NCBI GenBank assembly: GCA_963754945.1
Contig: CAVWIG010000036.1
Coordinates: forward strand, 1 to 36,284
Length of the DNA: 36,284 bases
Reading direction: 5' to 3'
From: Methanotrichaceae archaeon
Lineage (GTDB): Archaea; Halobacteriota; Methanosarcinia; Methanotrichales; Methanotrichaceae
Below are positions 1 to 8,082 of this stretch, one piece after another. The stretch's first letter is position 1. The number at the start of each line of letters is the position of its first letter. The notes under the pieces were generated by a model. It was not told the origin of the DNA and ran no database searches. It saw only the letters and a program-made list of their open reading frames with translations. The position numbers were made by a program, and so were the translations under genes.

Positions 1-8
1 CAACGGCT

Positions 9-188
9 TCATCTGAAATCACCTGACCCCGACGGTGTCTGACGGACTGGCAGTATGTGTATGCCGTTGTCGTTAACTACGATGTCTACAAGATTTGTGT
101 CCAGTTCGCGCGCCAGTTGCGGCGGCAAACTTACAGTGTAGTAGTTTCTGCTGGTGTGGATGTGTCTTCTGAATTTCATTTCCAACAT
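9..188 (-). CDS. Small AbrB/MazE/SpoVT-like DNA-binding protein (59 aa, not in ORF track)
   Basis: Hand translation: MLEMKFRRHIHTSRNYYTVSLPPQLARELDTNLVDIVVNDNGIHILPVRQTPSGSGDFR*. GGAGG lies upstream of the ATG. The V-S-L-P...L...V-x-I...G-I-x-I-x-P pattern is typical of swapped-hairpin proteins. The stop overlaps an ATG (ATGA) of a gene leaving the window. Confidence 0.65.
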   Translation of the reverse strand: MLEMKFRRHIHTSRNYYTVSLPPQLARELDTNLVDIVVNDNGIHILPVRQTPSGSGDFR

Positions 189-712
189 AGGTCTTTAGCC
201 TCCGAAAAATTCATTGTGATCCAAATTCACGTTTTACTATTTAATCATTTCGTTTTACCATCAACTTTGACATACTTTTCCAATGCTAAACACATAGCAT
301 CGATATACTATATTACGACCTACAGTCCAACAACAGAAACAATTAAATACTCGTACGTCTTGGCACGGGGCTGATCACGCAGATCTGGCTCAGCAAAATA
401 AGCGTGCAACGATCGTATTCACGCCGTAGACAGAGATGAGTCTGCGAAATCTCTTTCACACGACTCAAAACACGATGATTGCTTGTTTCCCCGACCAGCT
501 GCACTGTACAAATATCTCCGATGAAAACTTGACGAAATCTGCCGCCAAATCACGGGCCTGTCGATTAAAGCATCCACGAAAAGAAGTGATCAACCGCTCA
601 CATCCGTATAAGTCTCAAGAACAACTTCGAAGCAAAGGCCGTGCGGACATCGTGCAGGACCTTCAGCTAGCTAGTGTGAAGGAGACTTCTCGGGATCGCT
701 CCCGACACTGAA

Positions 713-982
713 CTACTCATGAAGTGTCATCTGTGCAAAAACAAACGCCGCCTCTCCCCAAGCCTTCTCTAACAGTCCTCTATAGTACGCAGCATCGAAC
801 TTCGATGCCGTCCTCTCTCGATCCACCTCCCACTTGCAGGCATCTCTAATCACATAGCCTATCTCCATCCCTGGAGCCAAGGGAATGCCCTGCTTAATAT
901 GAGCCTGCACAGCCGAGGCCTCAGCACATCTGCGAGAGTAGTTCAGCCTGCTAACCCAGCGATGGATAGCCAGCTCCTTGAC
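713..982 (-). pseudogene. C-terminal fragment of a family B (PolB2-like) DNA polymerase
   Basis: Frame reads VKELAIHRWVSRLNYSRRCAEASAVQAHIKQGIPLAPGMEIGYVIRD...FDAAYYRGLLEKAW, which resembles the PolB C-terminus (G-x-x-I-x-YV, D-x-x-YY). An in-frame TAA at 995-997 lies just upstream, so there is no N-terminal part. Confidence 0.7.
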
Positions 983-1322
983 AAGAATCCTCGATTACAA
1001 GATCAAGACCGTCTAAGATCAAGGAGCCGTTATAGCCAAAAGAGGAGCCATTGATAGTGATGTTTACCAAATCTACTTTCTCCTGCACATGAAGAGATAT
1101 ACGAAGAATGGGACGCCTAAAAATGATGTCATGATGCCCTCGGGCAAATATAACCGGTGCAAGGATAGTCCTGGCCAGGGTATCTGAACCTAAGAGAAGC
1201 AGCCCGCCACCAAGGCCGAGCCTGGCAGAAGAAATCGGTGGTCTTCGCTATGGCCATTCTGGTTATGTAAGGGGGTACCAAGTCTATGAAGCCGATAGTT
1301 CCTGTGACGCAGATTATGGCGG

Positions 1323-1580
1323 CAGTTCTTCAATGATAATAATCACTGGGCTATGGAGGAGATCGGACGGAGGCTCCTGGAGGCCAACCAGCGGGGGCTG
1401 TGGAAGGCTGACCAAAAGGTACTGGATGCCCTTAGGTCATCTTATCTGGAGATTGAGGGCTGGATGGAAGAGAAGATTGGCGAATCCGGAGGCGACTTTC
1501 GGGGAGGGGCCATCGATGTGGTGGCTCTGGATGATATCAAAGGGTGGCGGGAGAAGGTGGCCAAGGATATTAAGGCCTGA
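1323..1580 (+). pseudogene. cobN: C-terminal fragment of CobN/Mg-chelatase H-family cobaltochelatase
   Basis: QFFNDNNHWAMEEIGRRLLEANQRGLWKAD...YLEIEGWMEE matches the CobN C-terminal signature (N-x-W-A...RLLEA..RGLW...Y...EG). Only ~85 codons of a >1200-aa family remain. A possible degraded remnant (LAEEI) lies near 1222. Confidence 0.8.
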
Positions 1581-1750
1581 GTATTGCTTTTTATGAAGAT
1601 GGGGCATACTCGCCTCCTTTATTATTTGGCCATAAAAGCGTTAAATATGCCCTAACCTGCCTTCCGGCTTTTTGTCTATCTCCAAAGCGGCTTTTGACTA
1701 GCGTCCCTAATTGCATAGCCCAGCTCGCCTCTAGAGGCAATTTGAGATCG

Positions 1751-1910
1751 AAAAAAAGAGCAGCGCCCCGGTGAACATTGGTGTATGATGATTCGAGCAG
1801 GCACACCGGGGCGCATCTTTCATCTCATTTTGGTGTATTTACATGGCAAGTGGGCGCAGGAATCCAGACGGATCGGTAAAGGAGGATTTCCAATACGACG
1901 CTCACATCGG
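1751..1910 (-). ncRNA. Candidate sRNA A (anti-SD loop plus GC terminal hairpin)
   Basis: Minus-strand BRE/TATA-like CCAAAAGGTTTATTAC (1928-1943). CCTCCTTTACCG at 1874-1885 is closed by an ATTGG/CCGAT stem. An 11-bp inverted repeat GCGCCCCGGTG/CACCGGGGCGC (1763-1773/1804-1814) is followed by T7. The 5' end is estimated. Confidence 0.5.
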
Positions 1911-2092
1911 AGTGATGATCTTACTTAGTAATAAACCTTTTGGATATAGTAGCAACAAGCTAGGCAACACGATCCACAAGCGACGATTGGGATTGATGAC
2001 GATTTGGTCAGTACAAGGTCGGTACAAGGTCCGACAGGTCAGGAATAAGGCAAAGATATGCGGCTCGATGGTTATTTGGCCGTAAACCGCAG

Positions 2093-2400
2093 CTATTTTG
2101 GATACTGGGCCCTACTGGGTGCTTTTGGTGCAGGAACAATCGAATATACTATCAGTGCTGTGGCCCCTCTGGTCATACGGGTCATATCATTCCATCCAGC
2201 CTGACAGCCGCAAGGCAACCATTCGTAGTTGTCCGATTCATCGCCAATGTTCAGTTAAGTAGTTAAATTCATCATTTCTTCGATGTGTAAGGTTCCAATG
2301 TAGTCTTCGTCCTCGTATACCAGAGGTTTCCCAGACTGTTTTTGTGATGCCTATGCCTTCAGTCTCCTCTATGGTTGCACCGGTTATGCTTTCTTCCAAG
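2093..2400 (-). pseudogene. Decayed paralog of the adjacent secreted protein (Cys-rich C-terminus)
   Basis: Hand translation: ..EDEDYIGTLHIEEMMNLTT*...YEWLPCGCQAGWNDMT/YDQRGHSTDSIFDCSC, matching DEDYRG..PWLPCLCNTGWDDM..DQRYHSAKGFFDCTSC of 2660-3641. It contains a stop and a frameshift. The left boundary of homology is approximate. Confidence 0.7.
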
Positions 2401-2659
2401 CATCAGTATTACCCTGGAGAACGCCAATGTGAGCTCTGCCATTGGTTACGTTCTCAGAAACGTCCGTCAAAGTCGTGCTTGGATCATCCGCCTATTCCAG
2501 GGCGTTTACAAGAACGTCCAGCTTTTGTCAAGAGCATGAGCATATTCATTTCGTCTTCCAAGGTACTTATCACAATCGGACTTGCCCGAAAAAGTCTCCT
2601 GGACAGAACTAAAAACTGAGAAGATAGGGGAGATATCTTCCCCAGGCAATTTCCGGAAC

Positions 2660-3641
2660 CTAATTCTTGCACGGAGCTGGTGGCATACAGCTCGTGCAGT
2701 CGAAGAATCCCTTAGCGCTGTGGTATCTCTGGTCATGAATGGCCATGTCATCCCAGCCGGTATTGCAAAGGCACGGCAGCCATGGATAGTCTTCGTACGC
2801 ATAGCCTTCATAATTCTGATCGTAATCGGCATAATCTGTCGTCTTTACGATATTTACAGCCATCTTCTTGCTCAGATTGAAAGACCCCTCTATAATCTTC
2901 ATCCATCAACGCGGTGCTGTCGGCTTTGGAGTTAGGGATTCCAGCAATACCTCCTCTCACATCGTTGAGGGTTACACCCAGATGAGCCGAGCCATCGAAC
3001 CTGGAATTGATGTCCATGGTACTCCCTATGGTTGAATTCGTGGCACCTATAAATCCTCCATAGTCGTACACATCAGAGTTTAATGTCGTAGTAGTCTCTG
3101 TATCCAACTTCTTCGCGTAATCAAAGAGCGAGTTCATGGAGATTACGCCTGCGTGGTTTTTGGAATAGGTCTGATCCTTCCAAAGCGATTTTACGGCCTT
3201 GGTTTTGAAACTGCCCGGAAATTGGTATTTTATCTCTGAATAAACCGCGTTTGTATCATCTTTTGCCGTTATACTCTGACTGTTAGCTGCAAATTCGCCT
3301 GAATAGGTCCAAAAAGTATTGTTTTGAACTGAGATTGTGGAGTTGTGGCTATAAGCTCCGGTTCCACTGCGGAGAACTCTAAGATCAAGATTTTGTGACA
3401 TATCAGCAGGGTCAATAGTTGCAAAATTGTTGTTGATGTTGGCGAATCCGGTGCCTGAAACAGATTGATCATCTGCATAAATATAGTTTTCGATAATGGT
3501 TTCTGTATCCATTGTTTCGTTATTAACCCTCTCCTCATCTGCGACGTCTTCTGCTAGCGTGAACCCAATCATCTCAAAAGCCGGGATGAGAAGGATGAAG
3601 ACTAACACTAGAACTAGAATGCTGGCTCTCAATCTCAACAA
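2660..3641 (-). CDS. Secreted hypothetical protein with Cys-rich WLPC..GW..FDC C-terminus; frameshift near 2885
   Basis: Hydrophobic signal peptide, GAGGAGG RBS and many N-x-S/T sites. ORFs 2808-3641 and 2660-2902 join if one G is removed from a G run (DEDYRG|SFNLSKK). The downstream paralog confirms the C-terminal frame. Confidence 0.7.
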
Positions 3642-3794
3642 AATCCCTCCTCGGATTTCATGCGCACGAGTGTTTTGTATTTTCTCTATTTTAAGATATC
3701 CCTATTACGTAGGAATTTATCACATATTTATTTAGATTAGTAACACAAATAGGACTCACAATTCTCATGTCCCTTATATGATCTTCCAGGACTG

Positions 3795-3955
3795 AAAAAG
3801 GAGTTTAGCGCCCTGGAGAACCCCTGGGCGCTAGAGAGTTTATGGCGCATTGTCTTCGCCACGTTTATAGCTTCAGAGTAGTGAGCGTAGAGCTAATCTT
3901 GGACCCGATGTAGGCATAGGAGGTCATTGGTCATCTCTTTTGCTCGCGAGCAGTA
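3795..3955 (-). ncRNA. Candidate sRNA B or structured leader (four hairpins)
   Basis: Promoter CCAAAAAGCTTATTAC (3971-3986, minus). ACCTCCT (3918-3924) sits in the loop of a GACC..ATG/CAT..GGTC stem. TAGCT/AGCTA and TGGCG/CGCCA stems follow. The terminal TAGCGCCC/GGGCGCTA hairpin (3806-3833) is followed by CTCCTTTTT. Confidence 0.5.
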
Positions 3956-3970
3956 ATTTTACCTTACTTA

Positions 3971-3998
3971 GTAATAAGCTTTTTGGTATTTGTAGCAC
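3971..3998. promoter_or_regulatory. Candidate NikR operator GTAATA-N16-TAGCAC overlapping a minus-strand promoter
   Basis: 28-bp imperfect inverted repeat with the 6-16-6 geometry of NikR operators. It lies in the region divergent from the nickel ECF operon. Confidence 0.45.
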
Positions 3999-4169
3999 CA
4001 ATCGGGGGGATTTATGCAATTCAACAAAAGACCCAGCCTATTCTACCAGATTCCAAAATTCTATTTGATTCATTGGAGCTGTACTAATCGTATTGGAAGG
4101 ATTTCCTGAACCCCGATGGGTAACTTTTGTTAGCATCATTATATCAATTGTTCTTACTTAGTATTCCTT

Positions 4170-4197
4170 GCGATAACCTTTTATAACTAGATGTTAC
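4170..4197. promoter_or_regulatory. nikM promoter (TTTATA at 4180-4185) flanked by candidate NikR operator GCGATA-N16-TGTTAC
   Basis: The TATA box is ~35 nt before the nikM ATG, and the 6-16-6 half-sites straddle it. Confidence 0.45.
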
Positions 4198-4216
4198 TTA
4201 GCTGTTTGGTGAATTT

Positions 4217-4933
4217 ATGCACATTCCAGATGGCTATTTAGGGCCAAGTACGTATATTGCATTCTGGATCATTATGATCCCGATTTGGATTTATGCAGGA
4301 AAGAAATTGAGTACGCTCGGGTCGAGAAAGGTTCCTTTTCTAGCTCTGGCTTCTGCTTTCTCTTTTGTCATCATGATGTTCAATTTGCCTGTTCCGGGAG
4401 GTAGCAGTGGTCATGCCGTAGGTGGTGCCATAATTGGTATAGTTCTAGGGCCTTGGGCTGGAGTGATAACCATATCGGTTGCCCTGGCGCTGCAGGCGCT
4501 GATGTTCGGAGACGGAGGGATTACCACATACGCGACCAACTGCTTCAACATGGCAGTTTTGTGCCCTTTTATTGGATATTATGCCTACAAGCTCATTAGC
4601 GGAAACACAGAGATCGCATCATCTCGAAGAGTAATAGCCGCGGCCATTGCTGGCTGGGTTTCTCTCACAGCCGCAGCTACATGGGCAGGCTTTATTCTCG
4701 GATTGCAGCCCCTCTTATACAAGGATGCCAATGGACTTCCGCTTTATATGCCATATCCACTGAGCGTGTCTGTTCCGGCGATGTTCCTTGAGCATGGGAT
4801 GGCATTCTCTATCCTTGAGGCTTTAGTTACTGGTCTTATCTTTGCATATATCCAGAGAACGGATCCATCCCTAATCTATGGAGAGAAATCTGAAGAGCAG
4901 AAGAGCAGAGCCAAAGGAGCAGCACCATCCTGA
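4217..4933 (+). CDS. nikM: ECF transporter S component, NikM/CbiM family (nickel-type N-terminus)
   Basis: N-terminal metal-binding MHIPDGYL, PGGSSGH and FGDGG motifs, multiple TM helices. Confidence 0.92.
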   Translation: MHIPDGYLGPSTYIAFWIIMIPIWIYAGKKLSTLGSRKVPFLALASAFSFVIMMFNLPVPGGSSGHAVGGAIIGIVLGPWAGVITISVALALQALMFGDGGITTYATNCFNMAVLCPFIGYYAYKLISGNTEIASSRRVIAAAIAGWVSLTAAATWAGFILGLQPLLYKDANGLPLYMPYPLSVSVPAMFLEHGMAFSILEALVTGLIFAYIQRTDPSLIYGEKSEEQKSRAKGAAPS

Positions 4934-4942
4934 GGTGGGACC

Positions 4943-5242
4943 ATGGATAAGCTGGTAAGAAACTTGATGATTGGCCTGATCGCGCTGGTAATTCTGACGC
5001 CTCTCGGCTTGATAGCTTCAGGCACGGCATTCGGCGAATGGGGATCCGATGAGCTCAAAGATAAGTTCGGTTTTGTGCCCCAGGGCATAGAAAAGCTCTC
5101 GGGTCTCTGGAACGCCCCCCTCCAAGACTATGGCGTTCCCGGTCTGAATCCGACTATCGGATATTACATAGCGGCTGTGTTAGGCGTAGTGATATGCAGT
5201 GGTGTCCTGTACGTCGTGGGAAAGACGTTCATCAAAGGCTAG
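4943..5242 (+). CDS. PDGLE-domain accessory membrane protein (NikN-like)
   Basis: Two TM helices with LTPLGL..GTAFGEW...APLQDYGVPG between them. GAGGTGG RBS. Located between the M and Q genes. Confidence 0.85.
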   Translation: MDKLVRNLMIGLIALVILTPLGLIASGTAFGEWGSDELKDKFGFVPQGIEKLSGLWNAPLQDYGVPGLNPTIGYYIAAVLGVVICSGVLYVVGKTFIKG

Positions 5243-5316
5243 CGCCTAATTTTTTTTATTTGGTAATCTGAATTATAAATATTTGAGAGAAACCAGGCGA
5301 TAGGATTCAACATAGG

Positions 5317-6264
5317 ATGGAGAAAGATATGATCCCAGGTTGGATGAAAGAAGTAGATATTGGTCCTTGCAAGTGCTCTGCTGTGTATCACGGTAAGAAG
5401 GGCTTCATAGGGAGGACAATTGATGAAGTCTTCGAGTTCATCGAGAATGCATTTATCTCGGAAGGCTTCTCTAGGCGCAAAGGCCTGCTGCAGAGCCTTG
5501 ACCCTAGGACTAAGTTGATTTCTATCCTGGCCTTAATAGTCTCAATAAGTCTGGTGGGGAACCTAAAAATCCTAATAACGGTCTATTTATTTTTCCTATT
5601 ACTTGCATACCTAAGCAAGATCGAAGTAGGGTTTTTCATCAAGCGGGTATGGCTATTCATTCCCATCTTCTCAGGAATTATTGTCTTACCCTTGATCTTC
5701 AATGTCTTTTTCCCGGGTGACCCCCTCATTCAGCTTATATCTCTGTGGCCTGGTGCCCACCTGGGGCCGATTCCACTGCCCGAGAGCATCTACATTACCA
5801 GACAAGGTGTCAGTGCAGCGACGATATTTATGATGCGTGTTGCGACATGCGTTTCTGCTATAGTTCTACTATTTCTCACTACACCACAGCAGATGCTCTT
5901 TAAGTCCCTGCGCTCTGTTGGAGTTCCCAAGCTCTATGTTCTCACGGTAAGTATGGCCTACAGATACATCTTCGTGCTATCTGATCTGGTTCGCGAGATG
6001 TACGTCGCAAAGAGAGCCAGGACCATAAAATCCAGAAGCATGTTCGAGGAGCAGAAGTGGGTCGGAGGACGCATGGGATACACGCTTATAAGGTCTATTG
6101 ACACAGGCGCAAGAGTTCATATGGCCATGCTGTCCAGGGGCTACAACGGGGATGTGAAGATTTTGCAGGAGTTCAAAATGCGTAATCGCGATTATATCGT
6201 CGGGGCTGTTGCGCTATCCATGAGCATAGTGATAGCGTTGATCTCGACTAACATCATCCGGTGA
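5317..6264 (+). CDS. nikQ: ECF transporter T component NikQ/CbiQ
   Basis: LQSLDPRTK, MAYRYIF, AKRAR and AMLSRGY motifs. Confidence 0.92.
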   Translation: MEKDMIPGWMKEVDIGPCKCSAVYHGKKGFIGRTIDEVFEFIENAFISEGFSRRKGLLQSLDPRTKLISILALIVSISLVGNLKILITVYLFFLLLAYLSKIEVGFFIKRVWLFIPIFSGIIVLPLIFNVFFPGDPLIQLISLWPGAHLGPIPLPESIYITRQGVSAATIFMMRVATCVSAIVLLFLTTPQQMLFKSLRSVGVPKLYVLTVSMAYRYIFVLSDLVREMYVAKRARTIKSRSMFEEQKWVGGRMGYTLIRSIDTGARVHMAMLSRGYNGDVKILQEFKMRNRDYIVGAVALSMSIVIALISTNIIR

Positions 6265-6271
6265 TATTAGC

Positions 6272-7102
6272 ATGGAGACAATTTTTGATCTGAGGAATGT
6301 ATCATACGCATACGTAGGAAAGATCTATGCCTTAAAGGATGTCACACTTAAGATAGAACCAGGTGAGCAGTTATCCATAATCGGATCTAACGGTAGCGGT
6401 AAATCTACTTTGCTGGCCATCCTGGATGGGCTTGTATATCCTAGTGTTGGAGAATTCTATGCCTTTGACAATAAGATAATTGAAGAAGTTTTCGATGCCA
6501 TAAAAGATAATGATTTCAGGTCCTATTTCCGGACAAGAGTAGGCTTTGTCTTTCAGTCCTCGGATGTGCAGCTCTTTTCGCCGACTGTCTTTGAGGAGGT
6601 CGCGTTTGGACCTTTGCAGCTCAACATGACTCCGGATGAAGTCAAAACCAGAGTACTGGAGGTCTTGGAGATGATAGGAATCACTAAACTCAAAGATCGA
6701 TCGCCTCACACTCTGAGCGGAGGAGAAAAGAAAAAGGTCTGCATTGCCTCTGTCCTAGCTACAAATCCTGATATCCTTTTGTTGGATGAGCCTACTGCCG
6801 GATTGGATCCCAGAACCCAGCTCTGGCTGATAGAGCTACTTCAGGAGCTAGGAAAGACAGGAAAGACGATAATTACAGCTACTCATGACCTGGAAACAGT
6901 GGAGCAGATTAGCAAAAGAGCTATAGTTATGGGCGAAGACCATGGGATTGTAATAGACGGAGGTGCAGAAAAGGTGCTCGATAACCTGGAACTTCTACTT
7001 TCCGCGAATCTCATTCATGAACACATGCACATCCATGGCAAGCTAGTGCATGAGCATCTGCACGCCCACGATGAGGGGCATTTGCACATGCATGATACAT
7101 GA
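6272..7102 (+). CDS. nikO: ECF transporter ATPase NikO/CbiO with His-rich tail
   Basis: Walker A GSNGSGKST, LSGGEKK, LLLDEPT, THD. C-terminal HEHMHIHGKLVHEHLHAHDEGHLHMHDT. Confidence 0.92.
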   Translation: METIFDLRNVSYAYVGKIYALKDVTLKIEPGEQLSIIGSNGSGKSTLLAILDGLVYPSVGEFYAFDNKIIEEVFDAIKDNDFRSYFRTRVGFVFQSSDVQLFSPTVFEEVAFGPLQLNMTPDEVKTRVLEVLEMIGITKLKDRSPHTLSGGEKKKVCIASVLATNPDILLLDEPTAGLDPRTQLWLIELLQELGKTGKTIITATHDLETVEQISKRAIVMGEDHGIVIDGGAEKVLDNLELLLSANLIHEHMHIHGKLVHEHLHAHDEGHLHMHDT

Positions 7103-7439
7103 AGTTGTAACTGGCCTGCAAACATTCCAAATTTGCTGTAATTTCAAACAGGCCATACCAAAATTGGTCCCTAGTCCAGCGATATTCCCATAAGTCCCAA
7201 TCTAACTTAAGGAAAATCGAGACGATGCGAGTTGTTCCGTGATCCGCTCGCCTTCTCGATGTGGTTTGAGAATATCGCGTTTTTGCGAACTATCGCCCAA
7301 CTAGATAACAAGCTTTTTTTAATGCGTGTTACTTTATAAGATATCATGACGAAAAGTATTTGAAACATAACAATACTAGTGATAGTAGATAGTCAATACG
7401 ATATATTATAATAATTTTGGCTATCAGAAATTAAGGAAG

Positions 7440-7799
7440 ATGGTAGAAATGGATGAAACGCATGACCATAAGCATGAGCCCGAGAAGATGCACGAGCACG
7501 AGCATGAGCACGAAATAAAGCATGAGCACGAGCACGAGCATGAAGGCAAGACTCATGAGCACGAGCACGAACATGAAATAAAGCACGAACATGTGCATGG
7601 GGAAGAGGAAGAACATACTGATGAAAAGCACGACCATGAGCATGAGCCCGAGAAGATGCACGAGCACGAGCATGAGCACGAAATAAAACATGAGCACGAG
7701 CACGAGCATGAAGGCAAGACTCATGAGCACGAGCACGAACATGAAATAAAGCACGAACATGTGCATGGGGAAGAGGAAGAACATAAGAAAACTCAGTAA
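7440..7799 (+). CDS. His/Glu-rich low-complexity protein, putative metal storage or chaperone
   Basis: 119 aa with 38 His and 42 Glu by hand count. AAGGA upstream and AT-rich promoter-like region. Lies between metal transport genes. Confidence 0.8.
   Translation: MVEMDETHDHKHEPEKMHEHEHEHEIKHEHEHEHEGKTHEHEHEHEIKHEHVHGEEEEHTDEKHDHEHEPEKMHEHEHEHEIKHEHEHEHEGKTHEHEHEHEIKHEHVHGEEEEHKKTQ
7452..7787 (+). repeat. Near-perfect tandem duplication, 2 x 168 bp (56 aa), containing nested CAYGAR (His-Glu) repeats
   Basis: Units start at 7452 and 7620 and differ at only a few bases. Confidence 0.95.
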
Positions 7800-8082
7800 G
7801 AAGAATATTCGGAATAGTCCCTCCCGCAGAATAAAATCATTTCTCCTCAAAGATACCAGCCTGCTCAAGATGTGAGGTCTGATTTAGTGTGCCTTTCCGG
7901 CAGGCTGGTAAATTATTGCGTAATTAGGTATATCCAACTCCAACTTAAGAGAATCAATGAATATCATGAATTTGATGGAACTAGTGTGGATCACAGCGGA
8001 CGATTGAGTATCCTCGCGATATCTTTTGTAATGAATTCAAAGATATCTCATATCTCATGCATTAAGAGTTGGTGGAGAACGG

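Noticed and set aside
57-711. Plus-strand ORFs 57-374 and 436-711
   Set aside because: No motif or RBS; the first overlaps the better-supported minus-strand AbrB-like gene.
7431-7868. 145-aa hydrophobic ORF resembling a membrane protein
   Set aside because: It is the antisense reading of the His/Glu codon repeat.
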